A stretch of DNA of 64,000 nt from Coniocarpon cinnabarinum (lineage: Eukaryota). The notes below the pieces were generated by a model. That model searched no databases. It was not told the DNA's origin and saw only the letters and a list, made by a program, of their open reading frames with translations. The stretch's first letter is position 1. Each line of letters opens with the position of its first letter. A program made the translations under genes and the position numbers. Below are positions 33,090 to 44,271 of this stretch, piece by piece. The stretch is taken from NCBI GenBank assembly GCA_051942205.1, contig JAVECO010000014.1, positions 62,001-126,000 on the forward strand, given 5' to 3'.

Positions 33090-34080
33090 GCATCGGTCCG
33101 CTGCTAGCTGCGCCGCATTTCCCCGCAGAGCAAGCACCCCAAGTAACAGCTTGGTGAGGTAGGATTCTGCCTCTTCGTTGAGCTGACGGGCGGGGCACAC
33201 TTGCGGAGCGGAAGCACCTGCAAATGATTGGGCCGCTCGTTCGGAGATCTTCAAAGTGACGGTCCCTGCACGTCCTTTGCAGGTTCACACTGCCAACTAC
33301 TTTCACTGTACATATACCGGTGTGCTGCGTTTAGGCACCTTTTTCTGCCTGCCCGTAGGCGTTCAAGGCATCTGTCTTGCCGTCAACTCCACAATCAAAT
33401 TCCTCGCCGATCGATCACGATGTGCTCTGCCGTGCTGCAAGAGGATCGCAAAGTTTGGTCATACTTCGGTGAGAGAAGTGAGGGGTTATTCTTACTGGGG
33501 TGATGATTCTCTCCTGGTTGCCACGCGCAGGGTCGGCAATTGGTTTGCTAGCTTCGCAGAGCAATATTCTGAGACGAAGCCGTTAGAAATGACCAGCCAT
33601 TTTAACGACCTTACATTGGCGTCCTGCGGAAAGCAGCAAATCCCATGTCCACGTCAAGTGTGCAGCAACACAAGTCTTGGACAGATGAGGAAGAATGGCC
33701 TTAAACTGAAAACGTGAATTAATATGAGAAGTACATCTTGTTTCCATGCTGTCTTCGATACTGTTGACATTTTTGCTCACCGGGAGATAAGATACCTGTG
33801 AAAGTGAACGCGTAAGATGGGCACACATTGCAAGATACGTCCTTGGATGAAGTAGGAAAGGCTGTCGCAAGCCTCCGCATCATTTTCTTGACTCAAGCAA
33901 ATACGTGGGTCGATGGACGGCTGAAGAGGACTTCCGTCTGTGACAAGCTGTGAACGGCTCGAGTCGAGGTTCGTGAAACAAGTCGCAGAAATGATGGGCA
34001 CGCGCTACGATAATCAGTGCCAGATGCGTTGTGCCAACTATTTGGATCCATCGGTAGATTGAAGGTCCCTGGACAGCGCA
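33090..34080 (-). pseudogene. Possible degraded protein-kinase-like relic
   Basis: Fragments in different frames and in kinase order: MCAHLTRSLSQV, ILPHLSK...HLTWTWDLLLSAGRQCKVVKMAG, LNEEAESYLTKLL...RGNAAQLAADRCL; interrupted by stops and frameshifts. Confidence 0.25.
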
Positions 34081-34864
34081 AGAAGAGCACATACTCGAAA
34101 ATTCAGTCAGGGGCTCAGGTCACCGTTGGGCGGATGTCTCGTCACAGCAGGTGCCGCATCGAAGCCAGCTCGCACTTCGTAGACGCTTTTATACTCTATG
34201 TTGGAAGAACGCAAGGCTTTGTCCGTAGCTTTGAGCACTTGCGGTAACGCCGTTGCGCCTATAAGGGATGCATCGACTGCTCGAGTTCCTTGGCACAAAT
34301 CAAATGTGTGGTCTGGAAGGAGAATGGCAAATCGATAGTCTCCCTGACATAGTGTCCAATGGTCTTGAAATTGATTCAGATCACTCGGCCTTTGCTATTT
34401 TTTTCAAAGACTTTAATGTTCACGTGAGCGAATGTCACAGTGAGTTGCGGCTTGGACACTCAATGACCCATTGTTATCTACCTGAAAAGCGATATCTTGA
34501 TTGAAAGCAAAAATGGCACACGATAGGCAATAAAGCCACTTCAACGTCCAAAAATAGCTGGATAACTGCTTCTTTAAGCAGATCAGTTTCACTAGCAGCC
34601 TTGAGCAGTACAAGAAATGAATGTACCTAGGAATGACGCAATGTGTTTGCGAGGATTCATGTGACAGGCGCGGGCTGGTGTGACGTGAGGTAGTGGAGGC
34701 CTGGTAAGTTGCTATAAATGTCGTCCCGCTCGCAGAAAGCGACAGAGAGGCACCAATTATCTTCTTGCTTTCGTGCGCAGCAAGACTACGTCCAAAATAG
34801 GATGTACAAGCTGCTCTCTTGCTTTGCAAAGCGTGGAAGTGTTCAAGAACCTTCATCTCGAGGC

Positions 34865-35958
34865 ATGAAGCCCCCATATCCCTGTCCAACTAAAACATGG
34901 CACAACGATACTTATGATGCCATATCGCCCACACGACCCGAACTTCTTGTGACTGGGAAAACGGTGGTGATCACTGGCGCTGTACGTAGCGACACATTGA
35001 CCTTCAAAATGAGCCCTCTGGCGGTTATCCACATTCGCCACTTCATTAAGCATCCACTACTTAGAGAATATCGGCTTACTCGCACATAAGGGAAGTGGAA
35101 TCGGACGAGAAACAGCAATCACCTTTGCACGCGCTGGAGCGTCTTCGATATATCTCATTGGTCGTCGCAAGGACCGACTCATGGAGACAAAACGCTTCAT
35201 GGAGGAGACCAATTGCTCTGTTTTCGTCGTTGTAGCAGATGTCACATCCCAGCGTGACATGCAAGCCGCCGCTGAAACTGTCCCTGCTTGGGACACCTTG
35301 ATCATGAGCGCTGGTGACATCGGCAACGTTGGGTCAATAGCTGACTCGTCCCCAGATGAATGGTGGCATGTAATGGAGGTTCGTGTGCAGCGTGCATCAT
35401 TATCTTGTCGATTACAGCTGACCTGGGGGCGCACTGGACTCAGACAAATGCTAAAGGGCCATTCTTGACGATCAAAACGTTCATGGCCCGTGCAAACCCT
35501 GAGCATGCATCTGTGGTAGCTTTGACCACTGCAGGTGTTTTCGTTCCACCTGCCTTAACACAGGGCATGTCGGCCTATTTGACTTCAAAGCTTGCCGTGA
35601 GCAGACTGATGGAGTTTGTGGGCGCCGAGCATCCGAAACTGTTCACGGCGGCAGTCCATCCCGGAGTCATCGAAACGGATATGTACCAAAAAGCAGGACG
35701 ACCCAGTATACCGTTAGACACCGGTATGTTCAAAGCCCTCCTGAAAAGACGACGGTAACAAGCATCTAATAACTTGGCATGTTATAAGTTCAGCTAGCGG
35801 CACATTTTCTGCTTTGGGTGGTCAGTGCTGAGGCGTCTTTCCTCAATGGTAAAACCATGTGGTCGAACTGGGATGTTGAAGAGCTGAAGATTCGGGGGTC
35901 GGAGCTTCAAACCGGGCAGATGCTGACTAGTGGCATTTTGGGTTGGCCTTTTGCATGA
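34865..35958 (+). CDS. Short-chain dehydrogenase/reductase, 4 exons (alternative start 34802)
   Basis: WHNDTYDAISPTRPEL, GKTVVITGAGSGIG (spliced), SAYLTSK (YxxxK), HPGVIETDM, FLNGKTMWSNWDVEEL. Confidence 0.9.
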
Positions 35959-36507
35959 TTGTTGTAAAGAAGGTGTTTTATTTTTGCTGTTACGTCCTAG
36001 AACTTAGAGGCTGAGTCCAATCCTCGTTTAAAGGCTTCTAGAAAAGCTTGAAACGCTGAGCAAGTTTGGAAGGTCAGCCGTAGTCTAGTCAACCATGCGA
36101 CTTACATAGTCTACAAGACTTTGATCCTTTCTTGCACATGCAGTGCTAACCAAACAAAGGCCACGAATGCTCCCATGGAGTCTGAAGCGAAGAGGGTGGA
36201 AGACCTGTACTGTTTCAAGCGATGAGATGCGATCCAAGGCCTGCATGAGCCACACAACCCATTCAGCTCTACTTCGAATGAAAAATGTCATTCCCCATGC
36301 TTGCAAAGATGCACGACCAAGAAATGGGCCGTATCTATGATCGTTATTCTAGCCAGTAACACTCCTCCCAAAAGAACATGACAGGTTTGAGCTGCTCGGT
36401 GCATTTGTAGCGTCATTTTCTCTGCTTGTCTATTCTCTCCTCAGTGACCGGCGTGTCCAAGGGGCAAGAGATCCGGAGAGCACGGGCAAATTTGGAAACG
36501 CACCATC

Positions 36508-37150
36508 TCATCCAATCTTCGCATTCGAGAAATCCATCTCTGGATGCTGCTTCTTGAACTGCTCCAGCATGTCGGCTTTCTTCTGATCCTCGCTCGTAGG
36601 CAGGCCCATTTCCTTTTGCCGCTGATCATACATCATCTTTTCGACCATCGTCCTCGTCTCGCCATCGAGATCACTGAGTTTGCTGTTTTCCGGCTGGATC
36701 TTGGAGGTGTCGATTTTGGGGGCGCCTGAGACGACACTGTCCCACCACTCCATTTTGTTGATTTTGTCGAGATGGATGGACACTTCTTTGCCGGCTGCTG
36801 TGGACTCCAGCGTCCAGGTGGACTCGTCGACGTGGATGGGCTTCGTGAGATCGCCCTACATGCGTGTGTGAATTGACACCCACTTACCGCCCTTTAATCT
36901 CTGGGACTATCATGAGTTTGCTTACCTCAATGAGTGGCGTCTGGCCTCTGATGGCAACTTTCAGTTTCGTCTTCGTCAGGACGACATCCAAGTCTCGACT
37001 CTTCATGTTGCCTGGGATGGGCACTGAAATGTCTAGATCTTGAATGGTCTGATTCCACTGGTAGGGCAGGGCATCTTGCTCGACCTTTTCTTGGGCGCGA
37101 GCCTCCTTGTCCTTCTTCTCGCGCTCTTCTCGTGAAGGTTCTTCAGACAT
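36508..37150 (-). CDS. nudC: Nuclear movement protein NudC, 2 exons
   Basis: [13 protein letters not shown] (CS domain), [50 protein letters not shown]. Confidence 0.96.
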
Positions 37151-37392
37151 GTTGATTTTTCCCGTACCTTCTGGATGAAGTGGCGAAGACAGGGGTTGGC
37201 GACTGGCTGGAGGTCTGATGGGTCACGTCGAGAAGGCTTGGCAACCTGTAGGCGACTCACAAGCGGCGTTTATCCCACCCGGGGCCCTACCAGGAACGCT
37301 AAAGAGTCGCGGTGCAGCCCCTGAGTTTCGGGGCCTATCAGGCGCTGCAGGTGGCTTTCGAGACTTTTTACATATTCCTCATTTGAGTCCGA

Positions 37393-38571
37393 ATGGCCGC
37401 CGCGGTAAGATCTCTACGCATTGGTAGGTCACGCCCTGTGCTCAATGGACTTTTGTCATATTCGAAGCACCATTGCCGCCATGACGGCCGCATTGTCAGG
37501 GTTGTAGAAGCTAGCTTACACATCTAACTTGCAGCCCTGATTCCTGGCGATGGGATCGGCCGCGAGGTCATTCCACCATGCGCCACTCTTCTCCAGTCTC
37601 TCCCATCCTCCTTCAACCTCTCTTTCTCCATTGTGAGTCTTCAAGCTGGCTTTGATACCTTCAAGGAGACTGGTGCAGCCTTGCCATCTCAGACCTTGGA
37701 GACTCTGCGCAACGAATGTGATGGCGCGCTGTTCGGTGCAGTCAGCTCGCCCACTACCACCACCAAAGGTTACAGCTCTCCCATTGTGCGGTTGAGAAAA
37801 GAGCTCGATCTGTATGCGAACGTCCGGCCTGTGAAGCGGGTAGGGACCAGAGATGGAACAGCACCAGTGGACATGGTCATTGTTCGAGAAAACACAGAGG
37901 ACGTGTATGTGAAAGAGGAGAGGACACTTGAAGCTCAGGACGACAGGGGAGTCGTCGCAGAAGCCACGAAAAGAATCACAGAGAGGGCGTCCAGGAGGAT
38001 AGCGACAATGGCGGCGGAGATCGCGCGAAGAAGAGCTGCACTAACCGGCGACACGCCGAAAGTCACAGTCACTCACAAAAGCAACGTTCTGCCACAGACG
38101 GACGGCTTATTTCGGAAAACTTGCCTTGGTGTCTTAGGCCTGGGAAAACACAAGCAGATTAGGAGTGAAGAGCAGATCGTGGACAGCATGGTCTATAAAC
38201 TCTTCCGGCAGCCTGAAGACTACGATGTGATTGTGGCACCCAATCTGTACGGCGACCTCCTGTCCGATGGAGCAGCGGCTCTCGTTGGAAGCTTGGGTGT
38301 GGTACCTAGTGCCAACGTGGGAGACAATTTCGTCGTTGGCGAGCCTTGTCATGGAAGCGCACCAGACATTGAGGGCCTGGGCCTCGCTAACCCAATTGCC
38401 AGCCTCAGAAGCACAGGATGCCTCCTGGAATTCCTCGGCGAACTGGACGCAGCTGCGAAGATCTACAAAGCCGTTGACGCCTCTCTGGCTGAGGGTAAAG
38501 TCCTCAGTCCGGACCTGGGCGGCAATTCCAAGACGAATGAGGTCGTCGAGGATGTCTTGAGACGCCTTTGA
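37393..38571 (+). CDS. LYS12: Homoisocitrate dehydrogenase, 2 exons: 37393-37423 and 37535-38571
   Basis: Spliced [76 protein letters not shown]. Confidence 0.93.
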
Positions 38572-38956
38572 TCGGTAAGTTCGACCAGCGCACCACTTCA
38601 CACATTTCAGAGTGCGTTAAAAAGCAGTATATCCATGGAATATTCAAGGCCACTACTGGCAAGACTCTCCAAAACTCTCTGCATCTTGATAGTCGTGATA
38701 ATAGAGGTGTTGAATTCTACGGAGATAATTCCGAAAACGTACAGACTCTCATCTGTGAAGGCCTGATGTCATTCATCTTTGGGACCTCCGACACTCAGTC
38801 TGTACACAACTTCGTAAAGACCTTGCAACAGCTCGTGCTACAACAAATACGCACTTTAGAAAAATCATCCAGTTGCTTTTCATGTTGCTTCTGCCGACGC
38901 CTCTACAATTTCGTCACCCATCGCTAACAGCGTTGCCATCATCGCTGACCAACTAA

Positions 38957-38980
38957 CTGACTGACTGACTGACTGACTGA
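38957..38980. repeat. (CTGA)6 microsatellite immediately upstream of the F-box start codon
   Basis: Six perfect CTGA units ending 18 nt before ATG 38999. Confidence 0.9.
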
Positions 38981-38998
38981 GTCTTTCTGGTCTCAAGC

Positions 38999-40876
38999 AT
39001 GCTTGAAGTTTCCGACCCAGCTCCGTCTCCATCGACATCTTTCGCGCAACTTCCAGCGGAGATACTAAACCACGTCCTGATCCATTTAGACCCGCACGAG
39101 CTTGCCCAGATTGCGCAAACATCTCGACGGCTAAAAGAACTCGCGTATCGAGATTCACTGTGGGAATCTTACGTGCAAGACAGCATCTATCAAAACGTAG
39201 AGTCTTCAAAGCCCTTCGACACCTTCCGTAGTCTCTACAAAGTCCACGGTCCCTTTTGGTTTCTACCACGCCACAAAATCTGGATCTCAGATGCCTTTCC
39301 GCATGGCAAAGTTCTCTTGTCACGGTATGATCATCGCAGAGGTTGCATAGAAGCTTATGCACTGGCTGCAAGGCCGCGTGAAGCTCGTCATGTCAGTATT
39401 TTACGATGGAATCACGATGTCGTGTACCGCAGTTTCCGGCCGGTCGTGGAGCTCGACTTGAACCAGCCCTTAATTTACCTTTCGCCACGAAGCTTACCAG
39501 GCCTTGAGGAAAGGATCGTTTCGGAGTCTACCTGCGAAGGGACTAAGTTCAAGGTGGAGAATGATATGGAGTTTCCTTCAGCAGCAAACAGGCAGGCCAA
39601 CCACCCCAATCGTACATTGATGCGCACCAGGGATTTGCCTCGACATTTATGTGATTCACGCACCAGCCTTTGGCCAAACATTTGCATTCCCACTCCAGAG
39701 GACACTCGGACGCGCGCTGCGAGTGGAAATTCTTTCACGTCCTACGGACATAAACCTCAATCAGCTCGAGAGTCGTCTACAACGTCTTTTCGTCTGAAAC
39801 AGAAACTGAACGTCTTTCCTCGCAGCTCCCTTCAAGCCTTGTTTCTCACAGGCGCTCCCAGCTTGGAGGGCTTTTCCAGCGAAGAGATTGAGACTTTTGG
39901 TACGATAGATCCGGCAGCCTACACGCCAACTGCGGCCAAGCCATGGCAAGGCATATACGTGGGCGATTACTCTACGCACGGGTGCGAGTTCCTTCTGGTT
40001 ACTCAGCCTGATGCGGAGAGTGCCAGGCCATTGCCGTTCAAGGCTCGTACAGCTCTCAAACGTTGGCCTCACAGCACAGATTGGCAAGCACTACTCACAG
40101 ATACCCCAGGTGAAGAAGATGAAGTGTACGATGATGATGCCGATATTCTTGACGACTCGGGTGGGGAAGACACGGAAACGAGTTTGACAGCAGCGCTGCA
40201 GATGCGACGACACCGCATCAATCGCGGCGAACGTCTTCCGGAAGTCTTTCCTAATGGCAACGAGCAATCACCGGACTCATCGTCTGTGTTCGAAGATACA
40301 CCATTTCATGGCCGCCTTGAAGCTGTCAAACTGACAGGAGATCCTAACGTCCCACGAGGGGAGATCACCTTTGTTGCGGATGACCTTGGTCAGCGAGGTA
40401 AGCATGCTAATTTTGCATTCTTCCTCTTGAAAGACGGGGGCGCCACACTATTCTGCCATGGTCGAAATGGCCGCTTGAAACGTCCAGCTTTACTGACCCA
40501 ATTCTCCAGGACTTGTTGGATACACTAAGGAGAAAGACTTTGTTGAATCGAGAGCTGCCTCTGAAGGCCGTTTCGACAGCTTGAATCAGGAGTCTGCCTC
40601 GTCAGAGACCGCCGCTGATGACGACAAGAATTTCAAGGGGTCACGCATGGTTCGCTCAGTTGGCCACGTGTGCGAGGTCACACGCACCGCCAGGCGAGAA
40701 AGCTACATCCCTTCTCAATTGGTCCTAATCAGTCCAGGTCGCTTGGCTCAGTGGTGGATGCCAGTAAGTTGTTCCGTGTTCACACTGAGAGCCCACTAGA
40801 CGCTGACTAGCATCAGTTCCAACACATTAGCTTCTATGAACGAGTCGATTGGGAGAAACTGCTAGAAATTACATAG
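38999..40876 (+). CDS. F-box domain protein, 3 exons
   Basis: F-box FAQLPAEILNHVLIHL...LAQIAQTSRRL; KPWQGIYVGDYSTHGCEFLL, GRLEAVKLTGDPNVPRGEITF; last exon HISFYERVDW. Confidence 0.88.
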
Positions 40877-41104
40877 GTAACTACACTGCCTATTCTACAT
40901 TTGAATCGATGATGAGCTCACTCGTGTATAAGATCTTATTTCCTTAATTTGGCGAAAGGCAGCGCTTACTGCATGTGGAAATGGTCTGTGCGCGTCTTCT
41001 ACTTGATTCTTCGCAAACGCGGTGTGTGTGCTTCTCCCTGCTCAAATTTTTGCACATGGCAATGTCTGGCAATCGTTGACACTGTTCAGCAATTGCAAGA
41101 CTAG

Positions 41105-42643
41105 ATGGATGACCGCAACCTTGCACATCATCCGCTGTTCAACGCCGGGGCTTCGGCCCAGTCCGCCAACAGATCTGTAGCAAAACAGAATGGTGCAAAA
41201 GAGACACCAGATGAACACGCACAGGTAAACCACCAAGCCTTCAAACAGAACGGTATAGCACAATTCCGGCTCTCCGCTGCAAAAGCTGAACCTTTCTGGG
41301 TTGCGCAGGCTTCGGCGAAAGAACTTGAGAAAACTATGCCCGAACCTCAAAACCCCTCTGCAAGTGAACTTAAAGCTCGTCTCCTCGCCCGCAAACAGGG
41401 CAAAATTCAAGAAACGCAGCCAAATACCCCTACTACTCCGTCAGAGGGCGACGTAGCTCAACATCAGATCACAGCGGCCATTGACTCTCTGAACAAAACT
41501 CAGAGCCCTCAGGCCATGGCAGCTCAGAAACAAACCAGCACTACTAACACTGACGCAAAGGCATTAAGCGGAAACAATTCGAAGCCTGTTGAGACAACTC
41601 AGCCACCTCGACAAACCCCAAAAGCAACGCAGGCAGTTTCACCAACGCAGTCCCGTTCGCAGGCTGAAAAGAAAAAGAATCCTGTGAATAATCTATCGAG
41701 CCCCCTCAGCCAGCATGTGGCCAGCAGCAGTCTGGAGCCAGGCGAACTGGTGGACAAACAACAAAACTCTAATGGAGGTGATGCCACTCACCAAACCCCG
41801 TCAGGTAACATAACCTCGTCGCTGAACCATGATGAAAACCCGCAGCCAGGTAAGTAAGACCCTCTCATCTCTATTGGATTCTAGATGAACAATTCATCAC
41901 GCTCGTGGCTTCTTGATGATAAGTCGGCGAACATTTAACAATAAGTAACGCGTGTAGCGAGAGAAGTGGTCCCAGAGCGTCTATATGACCCAGACGTTGA
42001 CGACTGGCTGCAACTCACAAATTATCACGACCGCGAGCATCGTTCAGAGACTTTGGGGTGGTGGCGAGAAAAGCGCGAGCTTGATCAGCAACAGGAAGTC
42101 TTGAACGCTAAGTACAAGCAGTGGGATGAGAAGCCGAAATCTGGTCTGGCTGCCAGTCTGAGAGTGGCTATGACGCCACGTGTCTCTGTGCAGCCCTCTG
42201 TCGAGCACAAGCAGGACGGTGCATCCAATCAAGCTGAGCCTCCCACCCATAGTTCCCAAGCTTTGCCCCCTGCAGCTCACCCGATTTCAAGCCCAGTACC
42301 TGCACAGAAGCGAACAGAGCCTGACGCGCGCGAGAAGCGTGCCCTGTCTCCCAGTGCGCAAAAAGCCGTACAGTCCGCTCGACCCGCCAAAACGCCACGA
42401 CTACAAGACGACGAGGCCTTTTCGAATCAGAACGACTACATTGCGTTTCAACGTACAGCAAGCCCGGGGCCCAAGCGTCAAATCAACGATTTTACTGCAG
42501 GACGTCGAGTCATTTCTGCTTATAACAATGGTCAGCGATATCCAGACTATGACGATCCCTGGCAGTATGACTACGACCACTATTACCGCCCGTATCGCAA
42601 TCGACAGTGGCAAAGCAAACGTCAAGGCGACGAGCGTTCCTGA
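41105..42643 (+). CDS. Hypothetical low-complexity protein, 2 exons (intron ~41851-41957)
   Basis: Two ORFs joined by a GTAAGT...TAG intron; one conserved-looking block DPDVDDWLQLTNYHDREHRSETL. Confidence 0.7.
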
Positions 42644-43211
42644 AAATCTAGCGTGAGCCAGGCGATATCGCGTTCATGTGCATACGATGTAGCTAGATGG
42701 TCTGGTCGCGTTGCACCAGACGTTTGGCGCCTCATTGTACGTCTTCGGATGTCGCAAAAATGGTTTCTGCTTGCAACTCGTATCACCATCGGGCTGGCGT
42801 TTGCGGACTCCGCGGTTGTTGCACCAGGGATGCATTCTGACGGATCGAAATGGCATCTCTGAGGTCGGAGCGCTTGCATCGTGTTCTTTTTGCCCCTATG
42901 TATTTTAGTACATAGATCCATTCAAGACTTTGTAGCATAGACAAGTGCAGTGCAAAAGTCTCTCAACACCGTCTCTCCTTGTCTCCTTAGTCGTCACACT
43001 CGACACGCTCGACATCTTCGTCATCGGCACACTTTCGGATCAAACAGTACCTCAGAAAATGTGCCAAATGCGTTGTACTGTAGTCAGACGCCGCGCGACG
43101 ACTGTCTGACTCATTGTTGTTGCACCTGCAACTCAGACACGAATATAGGCGTGCTTATCCTCAGCCATGGATGTTCGTCTCCAACTGGCCCAGCCCCAAG
43201 CATCGCTTCCT

Positions 43212-43742
43212 TTACCACGCCCTACAGAGCACCAATCCACCGAGCTTCTTCTCCACCGCCTCTCTCGCCTCCATCACCCCATGATCCGTACTCACAAACA
43301 TACATTCCCCAATGTGACTCAAACCCTTGATGTAGCTCTTCGTCCGCCCATGCACCACCATGTCCAACTCCCGCCATCCCACATGTATCCTCTGCTTCGG
43401 CCGACTCTCCATAATCATTCGACTCAGCACCGGCTCTTCTTTCCAGTATTTCAGCCCCAGCCATAATCGACGACTGCTTACGTTCTCCTGCGTCACGATC
43501 GCGGTGTCGGGATGTGTGGGGTCCAGAAGGTCTTGGTTGGTGGTGTGCGAGAGGGACGTGGTGTAGAGTTGTTCGGGTGGTGTGGGGCCTGCACGTGTGA
43601 CGGAAGAGAGGAAGCCGGCGTTTTGAAGGGCGAGGGTTAGAGAGAGGATTAGGTTTGAGGAGGGGACGGAGGTCAGGCCAAGACGGGCTTTGGAGGCGTT
43701 CTGGAGGTGGGAGCAGACGTTGGCGAGATTGACGAGAGACAT
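43212..43742 (-). CDS. MRPS8: Mitochondrial small-subunit ribosomal protein S8
   Basis: MSLVNLANVCSHLQNASKARLGLTS, RRLWLGLKYW, GECMFVSTDHGVMEAREAVEKKLGGLVLCR. Confidence 0.95.
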   Translation of the reverse strand: MSLVNLANVCSHLQNASKARLGLTSVPSSNLILSLTLALQNAGFLSSVTRAGPTPPEQLYTTSLSHTTNQDLLDPTHPDTAIVTQENVSSRRLWLGLKYWKEEPVLSRMIMESRPKQRIHVGWRELDMVVHGRTKSYIKGLSHIGECMFVSTDHGVMEAREAVEKKLGGLVLCRAW

Positions 43743-44271
43743 TGTGAGGAAGAGCGCCCGGAGGCGTAGTGGGTTGTTTGTTGCGACGCTGTGCGCTTTG
43801 GTTGATTCGTGAAAATGATCGATGATTTATGTGTAGGAGACTTCTCGAAAAACGAAGATTCTGGTGTCGCCAGGTGTCGACAGCAAGCAATGATGCAGCT
43901 TAGTGTGTCGTGGAGTGATATTTAATAAAATTTCAAGCTTGTAACAGCAGCGCGTTCTTTGAACAGTTCTATGAACTCAGTCCTTCAGATAATGAAGACG
44001 CAGTCGAAGTCGATATCCTCATTCAAGGTCGCTCGTGATTGGCTGAAGCTCGGAGCCAATGAGGATTCACGAATTGACGCCCACGACGGCCACGTCCTTC
44101 CCTAGTCCAACATCTCGAACTATTATATTAATACCCGTCGGAGCTGGTCTTCGCCGTCGTCTTGTCGAACACCTCAACCGATCATTCCGCAGACCCAGTA
44201 ACATCACTTCGTCTTCTGACTTTAGGTTCCTGGCCTGAGGTTTCCTTCGTCTGAACTCACTTAACTACATC

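Noticed and set aside
36858..36925. nudC intron with a second internal GTAAGT (possible twin intron)
   Set aside because: The internal donor is only about 30 nt from the acceptor and has no separate branch point
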